From positions 46,851 through 78,850 of the forward strand of contig CAKUIA010000013.1 in assembly GCA_934660865.1 (NCBI GenBank): a DNA stretch of 32,000 nucleotides, read 5' to 3'. This DNA comes from an uncultured Opitutales bacterium (GTDB lineage: Bacteria > Verrucomicrobiota > Verrucomicrobiia > Opitutales > Intestinicryptomonadaceae). Below the pieces are notes generated by a model. It ran no database searches and had not been told where the DNA came from. It saw only the letters and a program-made list of their open reading frames with translations. A program made the position numbers and the translations under genes. Positions 7,514 to 15,523 of this stretch are shown here, in pieces (the first letter of the stretch is position 1; the number at the start of each line of letters is the position of its first letter).

Positions 7514-9523
7514 ATGAGTAAAAACAACCACCCTTTTTTAAGCAAGAAACTTCCTCCCGATTGGACTGCAATGCAGGGGAAATTTCTTAAGACAGATATT
7601 TTAATCGCCATAAAAGAGGCAAAAGACAACTTTAAAAAAATAAAATCGCAAAAAAAGTTAACCTACAACAACTGCATTAAGGCCTACGAAAACGCCGAAA
7701 TAAATCTGGCAAGAGCCTGGAACTACGCAAACCATTTAGACTCGGTTAACGACAACCCGCAGTTGCGAAAGGCAATGAATGCGGTTTTGCCTACGGTTAC
7801 AAAATTTTTAAGCTCGTCTACGCTCGACGCAAAGCTTTGGAGGCAGATAAAAAAATATTCGCAAAGCTGTGAGGCGAAAAAGCTAAAAGGCAACAAGGCG
7901 GCGGCATTAAGGGAAATAGTAAACGAGTTTGTCGACAGCGGCGCCGAACTTTGCAAAGACGACAAAGCCAGGCTAAAAGAGCTGGACGAACAACTGGCAA
8001 AACAGGCAAAAAAATATTCCGAAAACGTATTGGATTCCACCAACGAATTTTCGCTTTATTTTGAAGACGCAGCCCCCCTTAAGGGACTGCCCGAAAGCGC
8101 GCTTGCCCTGGCCCGCGAAAACGCCAAAGACAAAGGCAAACCGGGCTATATGCTGAAACTGCAAGCGCCCCTTGTAATTGCGGTTCTTAGATACGCCGAA
8201 AGCGAGAATTTGCGCAAAACAATTTGGCAGGCCTACACAAACATTGCAGTTTCCGGCAAGTTTTCAAACGAAAAGCTTGTAGGGCAAATGCTAAAAACAA
8301 GAATGCAAATTGCAGCCCTTTTCGGCGAAAAAAACTGGGCCAACTACGTCCTAAAAAGGCGCATGGCAAAAGACGGCTTTACAGCCCGCGCCTTTATAGA
8401 ATCTTTGCACGGCAAAATAGAAAAATACTTTTCAAAAGAGGTAAAAGAGCTTAAGGATTTTGCCAAAACTTTGGGCGAAAAAACGCTAAAACCGTGGAAT
8501 AGCTCGTATTATTCCGAAAAGCTTAGGGCGAAAAAATACGACTTCGACGAAGAGGCATTGCGCAAATATTTCAGGTTTGAAGACTGCCTAAAGGGAATGT
8601 TCAAGCTAAGCGAAAAGCTTTACGGCCTTAAAATAAAAAAGTCGAAAGCCGAAAACGTATGGGCAAAAGACGTGGGCTTTTACGAAATTTTCGACAAAAA
8701 CAACGTGCATATATGCTCGTTTTATACCGACTTTTTCCCCCGCTCTACAAAGCGCGGCGGAGCCTGGATGAATATCCTAAGCCAGTATTCAAAAAACAGG
8801 CCCGCAATCTGCTTTATAGGCGGCAACATAAATGCGCCGTCTAAAGGCAGGCCCTCGCTTTTAAACCACGACGAACTTTGCACGCTGTTCCACGAATTCG
8901 GGCACCTGCTGCATTTTTCGATGATGACTATGCCCGAACTTTCGCTGCGCGACGTTGCCTGGGACTTTGTGGAACTACCCTCGCAGATTATGGAAAACTG
9001 GTGCTGGAACAAAGAGTGTTTGGACACGTTTGCAAAAGACTACAAAACGGGGGCGAAAATCCCCCAAAAGCTCTTCGACAAAATGGTAAGGGCAAGAAAA
9101 TTCCAGGGGGCAATGGCCTTTATGCGCCAGCTTTTGTTCGCCGAAAGCGACTTGAATTTGCATATCGACACAAAAAAATACCTCGGCAAAAACCTGTTCG
9201 AACTGGCCGAAAAATCGGTCGAAAACTATAAAATAGGCTTCGCCGAAAAAGCCCCGTCGCACCTGTACAAATTCACCCACATTTTCGGCGACGATGTAGG
9301 CTATTCGGCCGGCTACTATTCGTACAAATGGGCGGAATTGCTCGACGCCGACGCCTTTTCGCGCTTCGAAAAGGAGGGAGTTTTCAACAAAAAAACGGGC
9401 GGCGATTTTGCCGAAAAAATATTGAAGGTTGGCTGCAGCGTTGCCCCCGACGCAGCTTTCAGAAACTTTATGGGGCGCAACCCCAACCCCGAAGCCCTTA
9501 TAAACAAATGCGTGGAAAAATAA
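7514..9523 (+). CDS. M3-family zinc metallopeptidase (oligopeptidase A / peptidyl-dipeptidase Dcp type)
   Basis: HEXXH motif in LFHEFGHLLH, and a downstream EL/EPSQ-type glutamate region (FVELPSQIMENW). I chose the ATG at 7514, preceded by AGGGG. An alternative ATG at 7493 would add MLFFCRG. Confidence 0.85.
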   Translation: MSKNNHPFLSKKLPPDWTAMQGKFLKTDILIAIKEAKDNFKKIKSQKKLTYNNCIKAYENAEINLARAWNYANHLDSVNDNPQLRKAMNAVLPTVTKFLSSSTLDAKLWRQIKKYSQSCEAKKLKGNKAAALREIVNEFVDSGAELCKDDKARLKELDEQLAKQAKKYSENVLDSTNEFSLYFEDAAPLKGLPESALALARENAKDKGKPGYMLKLQAPLVIAVLRYAESENLRKTIWQAYTNIAVSGKFSNEKLVGQMLKTRMQIAALFGEKNWANYVLKRRMAKDGFTARAFIESLHGKIEKYFSKEVKELKDFAKTLGEKTLKPWNSSYYSEKLRAKKYDFDEEALRKYFRFEDCLKGMFKLSEKLYGLKIKKSKAENVWAKDVGFYEIFDKNNVHICSFYTDFFPRSTKRGGAWMNILSQYSKNRPAICFIGGNINAPSKGRPSLLNHDELCTLFHEFGHLLHFSMMTMPELSLRDVAWDFVELPSQIMENWCWNKECLDTFAKDYKTGAKIPQKLFDKMVRARKFQGAMAFMRQLLFAESDLNLHIDTKKYLGKNLFELAEKSVENYKIGFAEKAPSHLYKFTHIFGDDVGYSAGYYSYKWAELLDADAFSRFEKEGVFNKKTGGDFAEKILKVGCSVAPDAAFRNFMGRNPNPEALINKCVEK

Positions 9524-10764
9524 ACAAAGTCGAGCTTATGTCGCCCGCGGGCGACATGGTATGCCTTAACGCCGCAATTAAAGGCGGGGCAAACGCCGTA
9601 TATTTGGGGCTGAAAGGCTCGAATATGCGCGCGGGCGCAAAAAACTTTTCGCTTGGCGAACTAAAACAGGCGTGCAAAATCTGCGCAAAAAACGGCGTCA
9701 AAACCTATTTGACAATAAACACAATCTACTACGAAAACGAGCTTGGCGCGCTTAAAAAAACCGTAGAAAACGCGGCAAATGCGGGCGTAGACGCCTTTAT
9801 TGCATGGGACAACGCAGCCCTGGGCATTTTAAAGGAAATGGGGCTAAAGGCCTTTCTTTCGACACAGGCAAGCGTTTCGAACTCGCAGGCGATTTTGCAG
9901 TACTACAAAAATTTCGGCATAAAAAGGTTTGTGCTTGCAAGGGAATGTACGCTAGAGCACATAAAGGCCATACGGCGCAATTTAAAAAAGGCATTGGGAG
10001 CGGCTGCAGACGAAATCTCGATAGAGGTTTTTGCGCACGGTGCAATGTGCGTTTCGGTTAGCGGCAGGTGCTTTTTGTCGGAATTTATGTGCGGCAAAAG
10101 CGCAAACAGGGGCGAATGTTTGCAGCCCTGCCGCAGGCTCTACAAAATCAGCGACACATCGCCAAGCGGCATAGAATACGAGCTCGGCAACAACTATGTG
10201 CTAAGCCCCAAAGACCTTTGCACCCTGCCCTTTTTGGACCTTTTGCTGGACGCAAAAGTAAATTCCCTTAAAATAGAGGGGCGCAACCGCAACGCCGAAT
10301 TTGTGTACGAAACAACGCGTGCCTACCGCACGGTTATAGACGCCTACTACGCAAAAATGCCCAAGGCGGAATTTGAAGCCCTGAAAAAAGAGCAAACCGC
10401 CAATTTGCAAAACGTGTTTAACCGCGGCTTTTCGGAGGGCTTTTTTATGGGCGTTCCCCTAAAAGACTGGCACAGCAACTGCTCGGGCAACAAATCAAAG
10501 CAAAAAAAACGGGCTTTGGGCAGAATAACAAATTTCTTCGGCAAAATTTCGGTTGCCGAAATACAGCTAAATTCGGGCAGCCTAAAGCGCGGCCAGCTTT
10601 TGCAGGTAGAGGGCGAAAAGACGGGCTTTGTGCGCTTTGCGGCCGACTCCATGCAAATAGAGCTAAAAGACGTAGACTTTGCCGAAAAGGGGCAAAAAGT
10701 TGCGGTAAAATGCCCGCACAAACTGCGCCGCGGCGACAACGTATACACATTCGCCACCGCTTAA
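9508..10764 (+). CDS. U32-family protein ('peptidase U32', probably Fe-S dependent)
   Basis: The typical N-terminus is KVELMSPAGD. Cys cluster: GAMCVSVSGRCFLSEFMCGKSANRGECLQPCR. LKIEGRNR is also present. The ATG at 9508 overlaps the upstream stop by 16 nt. The ORF-track start at 9328 lies inside the M3 gene and is unlikely. An ATG at 9538 is also possible. Confidence 0.8.
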   Translation: MRGKINKVELMSPAGDMVCLNAAIKGGANAVYLGLKGSNMRAGAKNFSLGELKQACKICAKNGVKTYLTINTIYYENELGALKKTVENAANAGVDAFIAWDNAALGILKEMGLKAFLSTQASVSNSQAILQYYKNFGIKRFVLARECTLEHIKAIRRNLKKALGAAADEISIEVFAHGAMCVSVSGRCFLSEFMCGKSANRGECLQPCRRLYKISDTSPSGIEYELGNNYVLSPKDLCTLPFLDLLLDAKVNSLKIEGRNRNAEFVYETTRAYRTVIDAYYAKMPKAEFEALKKEQTANLQNVFNRGFSEGFFMGVPLKDWHSNCSGNKSKQKKRALGRITNFFGKISVAEIQLNSGSLKRGQLLQVEGEKTGFVRFAADSMQIELKDVDFAEKGQKVAVKCPHKLRRGDNVYTFATA

Positions 10765-10808
10765 ATTTTGTTTGACCGCTTTTTTTAATAATACATTCTT
10801 TATTGGCA

Positions 10809-11390
10809 ATGACTGACATTTTTAAGAGAATCTACAAAACCGCGCTTTTTGCAGCCGCAACATTTATGCTTTTTGCATGTCTGCCCGAAAGGGAAAGAAT
10901 GATTACCGTCGAAGACGAGGAAGTGCCCGAAGAAAGCGAGCTTTCCGAAACCGACGGCATTTTGGGCGTAAACTATCAGGGCAACTCGCAAATTTCGTAC
11001 TGCCGTTTTGAATATCTAAACAAACATAAGGCAACCTATTTGCCCGAAAAGCTGCTGGGCGAAAAAGCCAATTATTTCTACCCCACCTACCTTAGCAACC
11101 CCGACAAAAAAGCGGGCATGTACTGCTTCTTTTGGCTTGAAGGCCCCATCTATTTGGGAATGGGAACAACATTCGAGCTTAGCGTAGCGGCAAACAAGTC
11201 GCCTAAGGTAAAGACATACAAATTCATAGTGCCCGAAACGCGCCGCATTGTAAGGGAAATAAAGCTGGGCATAACTGGAGCCGACTGGCCCGACAAAGAC
11301 GAAAAGGTTACCGCCTGGAAGCTTGTTGTAAAAAACGCCGCAGGCAAGATTATAACCGAAAAGCACTCGTGGCTTTGGTCCGTCAAGTAG
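10809..11390 (+). CDS. Lipoprotein of unknown function
   Basis: The first ATG is at 10809; the track start at 10803 is TTG. MTDIFKRIYKTALFAAATFMLFAC gives a signal peptide plus lipobox. No recognisable domain. Confidence 0.65.
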   Translation: MTDIFKRIYKTALFAAATFMLFACLPERERMITVEDEEVPEESELSETDGILGVNYQGNSQISYCRFEYLNKHKATYLPEKLLGEKANYFYPTYLSNPDKKAGMYCFFWLEGPIYLGMGTTFELSVAANKSPKVKTYKFIVPETRRIVREIKLGITGADWPDKDEKVTAWKLVVKNAAGKIITEKHSWLWSVK

Positions 11391-11400
11391 GAAGCTTTAT

Positions 11401-12255
11401 ATGGCAAACGTCGAATGGGCAAGCCCCGAAAGGCTCGGCGTTAAATTTGCGCCGAAAGATTTTGCCGAAACCCTCGACGGCGGGCAGTCTTTTTGCTGGT
11501 ATAAAAACGCCGACAATTCCTACTGCGGGGTTTTCGGCAACGATGTTGCAATGCTTTTTTTGGACGGCAAAAATTGCGTTAATTTTTGCGCCCCGAAGAA
11601 TGTTAATTCAAAAAAACTTAAAGGGCGCCTTTTAGATTATCTAGACGCCGGGCGCGACTACGAAAAAATTAGAGAGCGCCTTTTTGCAATAGGCGACAAG
11701 TGCCTAAACGAGCGGCTTTTGCAACAGCCTACATTGCGCATATTAAGGCAGGACATAGACGAAACGATAATCTCGTTTATATGCAGCTCAAGCAAGCGCA
11801 TAGTGCAGATAAAGCAGTGCGTTGGCCTCTTAAGAAAAACTTTCGGCAAAGAAGTTTGCGGCGGTTTTTACACGCTGCCTACTTTCGAATCTTTGGCAAA
11901 TGCCGATATGCAAAGTCTAAAAGACTGCAAACTCGGATTTAGGGCGGCCTATCTTAAAAAGACGGCTCAAAAGATTGTAGGCGACAATTTCGACACGGGC
12001 GCGCTCCTTGAAATGCCGTATAAAGAGGCAAAAAGCTACCTTGTTTCGCTAAGCGGAATAGGCGAAAAGGTTGCCGACTGCATTCTCCTTTTCGGCGCGC
12101 ACCGCTTCGAGGCTTTCCCCGTGGATACCTGGATAATCAAATCTATGAAATCGCTTTACGGAATGGAAAAACCCGCAGACATACGCAGGTTTGCGGCCGA
12201 ACATTTCGGCGAAAACGCAGGCTTTGCGCAGCAGATATTGTTTGCCGCCTCGTAA
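11401..12255 (+). CDS. ogg: 8-oxoguanine DNA glycosylase / AP lyase, OGG1 type (HhH-GPD)
   Basis: AGGAAG RBS. HhH-GPD signature SLSGIGEKVADCILLFG....FPVDTWI, with the catalytic Lys (GEKVADC) and Asp (PVDTW) in OGG1-like positions. The N-terminal OGG_N-like region includes GQSFCW. Confidence 0.8.
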   Translation: MANVEWASPERLGVKFAPKDFAETLDGGQSFCWYKNADNSYCGVFGNDVAMLFLDGKNCVNFCAPKNVNSKKLKGRLLDYLDAGRDYEKIRERLFAIGDKCLNERLLQQPTLRILRQDIDETIISFICSSSKRIVQIKQCVGLLRKTFGKEVCGGFYTLPTFESLANADMQSLKDCKLGFRAAYLKKTAQKIVGDNFDTGALLEMPYKEAKSYLVSLSGIGEKVADCILLFGAHRFEAFPVDTWIIKSMKSLYGMEKPADIRRFAAEHFGENAGFAQQILFAAS

Positions 12256-12261
12256 TGGTAT

Positions 12262-14223
12262 ATGGACGAAAATTTTATATTAAAATCGAAATATGCGCCT
12301 GCGGGCGACCAGCCCAAGGCCATAGAAACACTGTGCCAAAGCCTTAACGCAGGCAACAAATATACTACCCTTGTAGGCGTTACGGGGTCGGGCAAAACGT
12401 TTACAATGGCAAACGTGATAGCCAAGCTTAACAGGCCTGCAATTATAATTTCGCACAACAAAACTTTGGCCGCCCAGCTTTATTCGGAATTTAAGGCTTT
12501 TTTCCCCGACAATGCGGTTGAATATTTTGTAAGCTACTACGACTACTACCAGCCCGAAGCCTACATTCCCCAAACCGACACCTACATAGAAAAAGATTCG
12601 GCCATAAACGACGAAATAGAAAAACTGCGAATTTCGGCGGCAAGCTCGCTTGTAAGCAGGCGCGACGTTATTGTAATAGCCAGCGTTTCGTGCATATACG
12701 GGTTAGGCTCGCCCGAAGACTTTAAAAAGATGATGGTGCCCCTAAGAAAGGGCGTTTCGCTTAAAAGAAAGGATTTTCTGGAAAGCCTTGTAGGCATAAA
12801 CTACACCAGAAACGACACCGTTTTAGAGCGCGGTTCCTTTAGGGTTAAAGGCGACATTGTAGACGTTTTCCCCGCCTATTTAGAGTCGGCCTTAAGGGTT
12901 GAATTTTTCGGCAACGAAGTGGATTCGCTAAAGGTTATAGACCCCCTTACAAGCTCGTTTATACGCAGGCTCGACAGGTTCGATTTGTATCCTGCAACGG
13001 CGTTTATAACCCCGCGCGAAAACATAGAAAGAGCCGTTCCCGCAATAAGGGCCGAAATGCTGGAACAAGAGGCTAAATTTGAACGCGAAAAAAAGTTCAT
13101 AGAAGCCCAGCGCATAAAAATGCGCACCGAGCAAGACCTGGATATTTTGCTGGAAACGGGAACGTGCTCGGGCATAGAAAACTATTCCAGACACCTCGGC
13201 AACCGCGCCGCAGGCTCGCGCCCGTGGTGCCTGCTAGACTTTCTGCCCAAAGACGCGATTTTATTCATAGACGAAAGCCACGTAACCGCCCCGCAAATAA
13301 AGGCGGCCTATTTGGGGGATTTGTCGAGAAAACAAAAATTGGTAGAATACGGCTTTAGGCTGCCCAGCGCGCTCGACAACCGCCCCCTTAAGCAGGAGGA
13401 ATTCGAAAAAGTTACCGGGCAAACCGTGTTTGTTTCGGCTACCCCATCGGAATACGAGCTAGGCCAAAGCGCGGTTGTTGCCGAGCAAATTGTGCGCCCC
13501 ACCGCCCTGCTCGACCCCGAAATGGTTATACGCCCCATAAAGGGACAGGTGGAAGACTGCGCCAATATGATAAGCGAATACGCAAAGCGCGGCGAAAGGG
13601 TTTTTGTTACAACCCTTACAAAGGCAATGAGCGAGGAGATTTCGCAATACCTAAGGGAAATAGGCATTAGGGTTGAATATCTGCACTCCGACATAGACAC
13701 CATACAGCGGGTGGAAATTTTGCGCCGTTTAAGGCTTGGCGAATTCGACGCGCTTGTGGGCGTAAACCTTTTGCGCGAGGGGCTTGACATTCCCGAAGTT
13801 TCGCTGGTTTGCATTTTAGACGCCGACAAGGAGGGATTTTTAAGAAGCGCCACCAGCATAATACAAACGGCGGGCAGAGCCTCGCGCAACAAAGACGGCC
13901 TTGTAATTTTATACGCCGATACCATAACAAAATCTATACGCGCCGCCCTCGACGTTTGCGGCAGGCGAAGGGCCCTGCAAAAGGAATACAACCTAAAACA
14001 CAACATAACGCCAAAAACGGTTAGCCGAAAAATAGAGGCTTCGCTTGTAAAGGCCGAAAGCAAAAAGCCCAACGCCAAGCTCGAAAAAATGGGCGTAAGC
14101 GAAAAAACCGCCCTTATAGAAGAGCTTAAGGCCGAAATGATGAAAGCCGCCCAAGAGCTGAAATTCGAAAAGGCCGCCCTAATAAGAGACCAGATAAAAC
14201 TCATAAAAAAATCGCAAAAATAA
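12262..14223 (+). CDS. uvrB: Excinuclease ABC subunit B
   Basis: Walker A GVTGSGKTFT, beta-hairpin YYDYYQPEAY, DESH box, helicase motifs, and the C-terminal UVR domain ELKFEKAALIRDQIKLI. Confidence 0.97.
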   Translation: MDENFILKSKYAPAGDQPKAIETLCQSLNAGNKYTTLVGVTGSGKTFTMANVIAKLNRPAIIISHNKTLAAQLYSEFKAFFPDNAVEYFVSYYDYYQPEAYIPQTDTYIEKDSAINDEIEKLRISAASSLVSRRDVIVIASVSCIYGLGSPEDFKKMMVPLRKGVSLKRKDFLESLVGINYTRNDTVLERGSFRVKGDIVDVFPAYLESALRVEFFGNEVDSLKVIDPLTSSFIRRLDRFDLYPATAFITPRENIERAVPAIRAEMLEQEAKFEREKKFIEAQRIKMRTEQDLDILLETGTCSGIENYSRHLGNRAAGSRPWCLLDFLPKDAILFIDESHVTAPQIKAAYLGDLSRKQKLVEYGFRLPSALDNRPLKQEEFEKVTGQTVFVSATPSEYELGQSAVVAEQIVRPTALLDPEMVIRPIKGQVEDCANMISEYAKRGERVFVTTLTKAMSEEISQYLREIGIRVEYLHSDIDTIQRVEILRRLRLGEFDALVGVNLLREGLDIPEVSLVCILDADKEGFLRSATSIIQTAGRASRNKDGLVILYADTITKSIRAALDVCGRRRALQKEYNLKHNITPKTVSRKIEASLVKAESKKPNAKLEKMGVSEKTALIEELKAEMMKAAQELKFEKAALIRDQIKLIKKSQK

Positions 14224-14263
14224 TTCTTGATTTTTAAAAGAAAATCATCTTTTTTATCTGTAA

Positions 14264-14359
14264 ATGGAAAGAACAGCGCACAGAGCAGAACGGCAACAGC
14301 AAACGGCAAGGTTTGTTTCGCCCTTCTTTTTTGCCTACTACTATTACTTCAAGAATTAA
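14264..14359 (+). CDS. Candidate leader peptide sORF (31 codons): MERTAHRAERQQQTARFVSPFFFAYYYYFKN
   Basis: Hand-translated ATG 14264 to TAA 14357-14359. Eight of the last eleven codons are Phe or Tyr (TTC TTT TTT GCC TAC TAC TAT TAC TTC). There is no clear SD. It sits immediately upstream of alternative hairpins and a terminator. Confidence 0.3.
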   Translation: MERTAHRAERQQQTARFVSPFFFAYYYYFKN

Positions 14360-14442
14360 CAAAAGGTTCTCGAACTTAGGCGCATTTTTACACCACAACA
14401 ATTTTAAAAAGCTCGGGAACAAATAAAACCCGGGCTTTTTTT
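14348..14442 (+). promoter_or_regulatory. Candidate transcription attenuator (three mutually exclusive hairpins A:B, B:C, C:D)
   Basis: A 14348-14356 (TTCAAGAAT) pairs with B 14366-14374 (GTTCTCGAA), with one mismatch. B 14366-14375 (GTTCTCGAAC) pairs with C 14411-14420 (GCTCGGGAAC) at 9 of 10 positions. C 14411-14417 pairs with D 14429-14435 to form the terminator stem, followed by T7. Confidence 0.35.
14406..14442 (+). terminator. Intrinsic terminator-like hairpin 27 nt upstream of the aldolase start
   Basis: AAAAA-GCTCGGG (14411-14417), 11-nt loop, CCCGGGC (14429-14435), then TTTTTTT (14436-14442). The stem is 7 bp with one G-U pair and can be extended by A-U pairs. Confidence 0.6.
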
Positions 14443-14468
14443 ATACAAAGAAAAACACACAACAAAAA

Positions 14469-15467
14469 ATGAATACTAAAGCAAAAGCATCTATAGAACA
14501 AATCCAGCAAAAATGGGTTGGATACAGGGAAAACCTGAAAGTTCTCGACTGCACAATCCGCGACGGCGGCCTTATGAACGACAGCAATTTCGAAGACGCC
14601 ATCGTTAAAGCCGTTTACGACACAATATGCGCTGCGGGCGTAGACTATATGGAATTCGGCTACAAGAATTCCGACAAAATCTACTCGAAAGACAAGTATG
14701 GAGCATGGCGCTTTTGCAGGGAAGACGACATCAAGCGCATTGTAGGCGACAAGGCCCACAATTCGCCCAAGCTTTGCGCCATGGCCGACGCCGAAAAAAG
14801 CGAGCGCAAAGACATTCTAAAAAAGAAGGACAGCCCGCTTGATATGATTAGGGTTGCAACCTACATCTACCAGGTGCCGCTGGCTTTGGAAATGATTAAA
14901 GACGCCCAGGACAAGGGCTACGAAACAACCGTAAACCTTATGGCGGTTTCAACCGTAAGGGAGCAGGAGCTAGACGACGCGCTACAGCTTTTGTGCGCAA
15001 GCAAGCCCAATGCGATATATTTGGTAGACAGCTTCGGCTCGCTATACGGCGAACAGATTTCGTACCTGCTAAGGAAATACTCTAAATTTGCAAAGCAATA
15101 CGGCGTTGAAGTCGGCATACACGCGCACAACAATTTGCAGTTGGCTTTTGCAAACACAATAGAGGGTATAATTAGGGGCGCAACCCTGCTGGACGCAACA
15201 ATAGCGGGCTTGGGCCGCGGTGCCGGCAACTGCCCGCTGGAGGCCTTGCTCGGTTTCCTGCACAACCCAAAATACAACATTCGTCCCGTGCTTGAATGTA
15301 TAGAAAAACACATTGAGCCCTTAAGAAAGAAGCTAGGCTGGGGCTACGACTACCCGTACATGATTACGGGGCTGTTAAACCGCCACCCGAGAGACGCAAT
15401 GAAACTTTGCGAAACCGGACACCGCCACGAAATTGTGGATTTCTACGATTCAATGACAAGCCAATAG
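14469..15467 (+). CDS. DRE-TIM metallolyase (HMGL-like); 4-hydroxy-2-oxovalerate aldolase (DmpG/BphI)-like
   Basis: LKVLDCTIRDGG (metal-binding Asp). Also VEVGIHAHNNLQLAFANTI and AGLGRGAGNCPLEAL, collinear with the DmpG catalytic domain. The C-terminal GYDYPYMITGLLNRH resembles the DmpG communication domain. Confidence 0.7.
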   Translation: MNTKAKASIEQIQQKWVGYRENLKVLDCTIRDGGLMNDSNFEDAIVKAVYDTICAAGVDYMEFGYKNSDKIYSKDKYGAWRFCREDDIKRIVGDKAHNSPKLCAMADAEKSERKDILKKKDSPLDMIRVATYIYQVPLALEMIKDAQDKGYETTVNLMAVSTVREQELDDALQLLCASKPNAIYLVDSFGSLYGEQISYLLRKYSKFAKQYGVEVGIHAHNNLQLAFANTIEGIIRGATLLDATIAGLGRGAGNCPLEALLGFLHNPKYNIRPVLECIEKHIEPLRKKLGWGYDYPYMITGLLNRHPRDAMKLCETGHRHEIVDFYDSMTSQ

Positions 15468-15476
15468 CAAACACAA

Positions 15477-15503
15477 AGCCCCGCACTGTTGCGGGGCTTT
15501 TTT
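15477..15503. terminator. Bidirectional intrinsic terminator between convergent genes
   Basis: AGCCCCGCA (15477-15485), loop CTGT, TGCGGGGCT (15490-15498), then TTTTT. On the minus strand it is followed by TTTGTGTTTG. Confidence 0.85.
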
Positions 15504-15523
15504 GCGCAAAAACAAAACGGAAA

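Noticed and set aside
9328-9507. An N-terminal extension of the U32 ORF (track start 9328)
   Set aside because: It lies wholly inside the 3' end of the M3 peptidase gene in another frame and is Arg-rich and non-homologous. The conserved U32 N-terminus (ELMSPAG) begins right after the ATG at 9508/9538.
10769-10779. An 11-mer, TGTTTGACCGC, shared with 20434-20444. Both copies lie about 30 nt upstream of lipoprotein genes, and the reverse complement contains the CtsR-like heptad GGTCAAA.
   Set aside because: A single shared 11-mer is expected many times by chance in 32 kb on two strands. Neither site has the tandem heptad arrangement of a CtsR operator, and neither is near mcsAB.
13308-14309. 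A 333-aa ORF antisense to the 3' half of uvrB
   Set aside because: It is entirely antisense to a very confidently identified uvrB. The product is low-complexity and Ser/Leu/Phe-rich, as expected from the complement of a biased coding frame. It has no RBS or recognisable domain.
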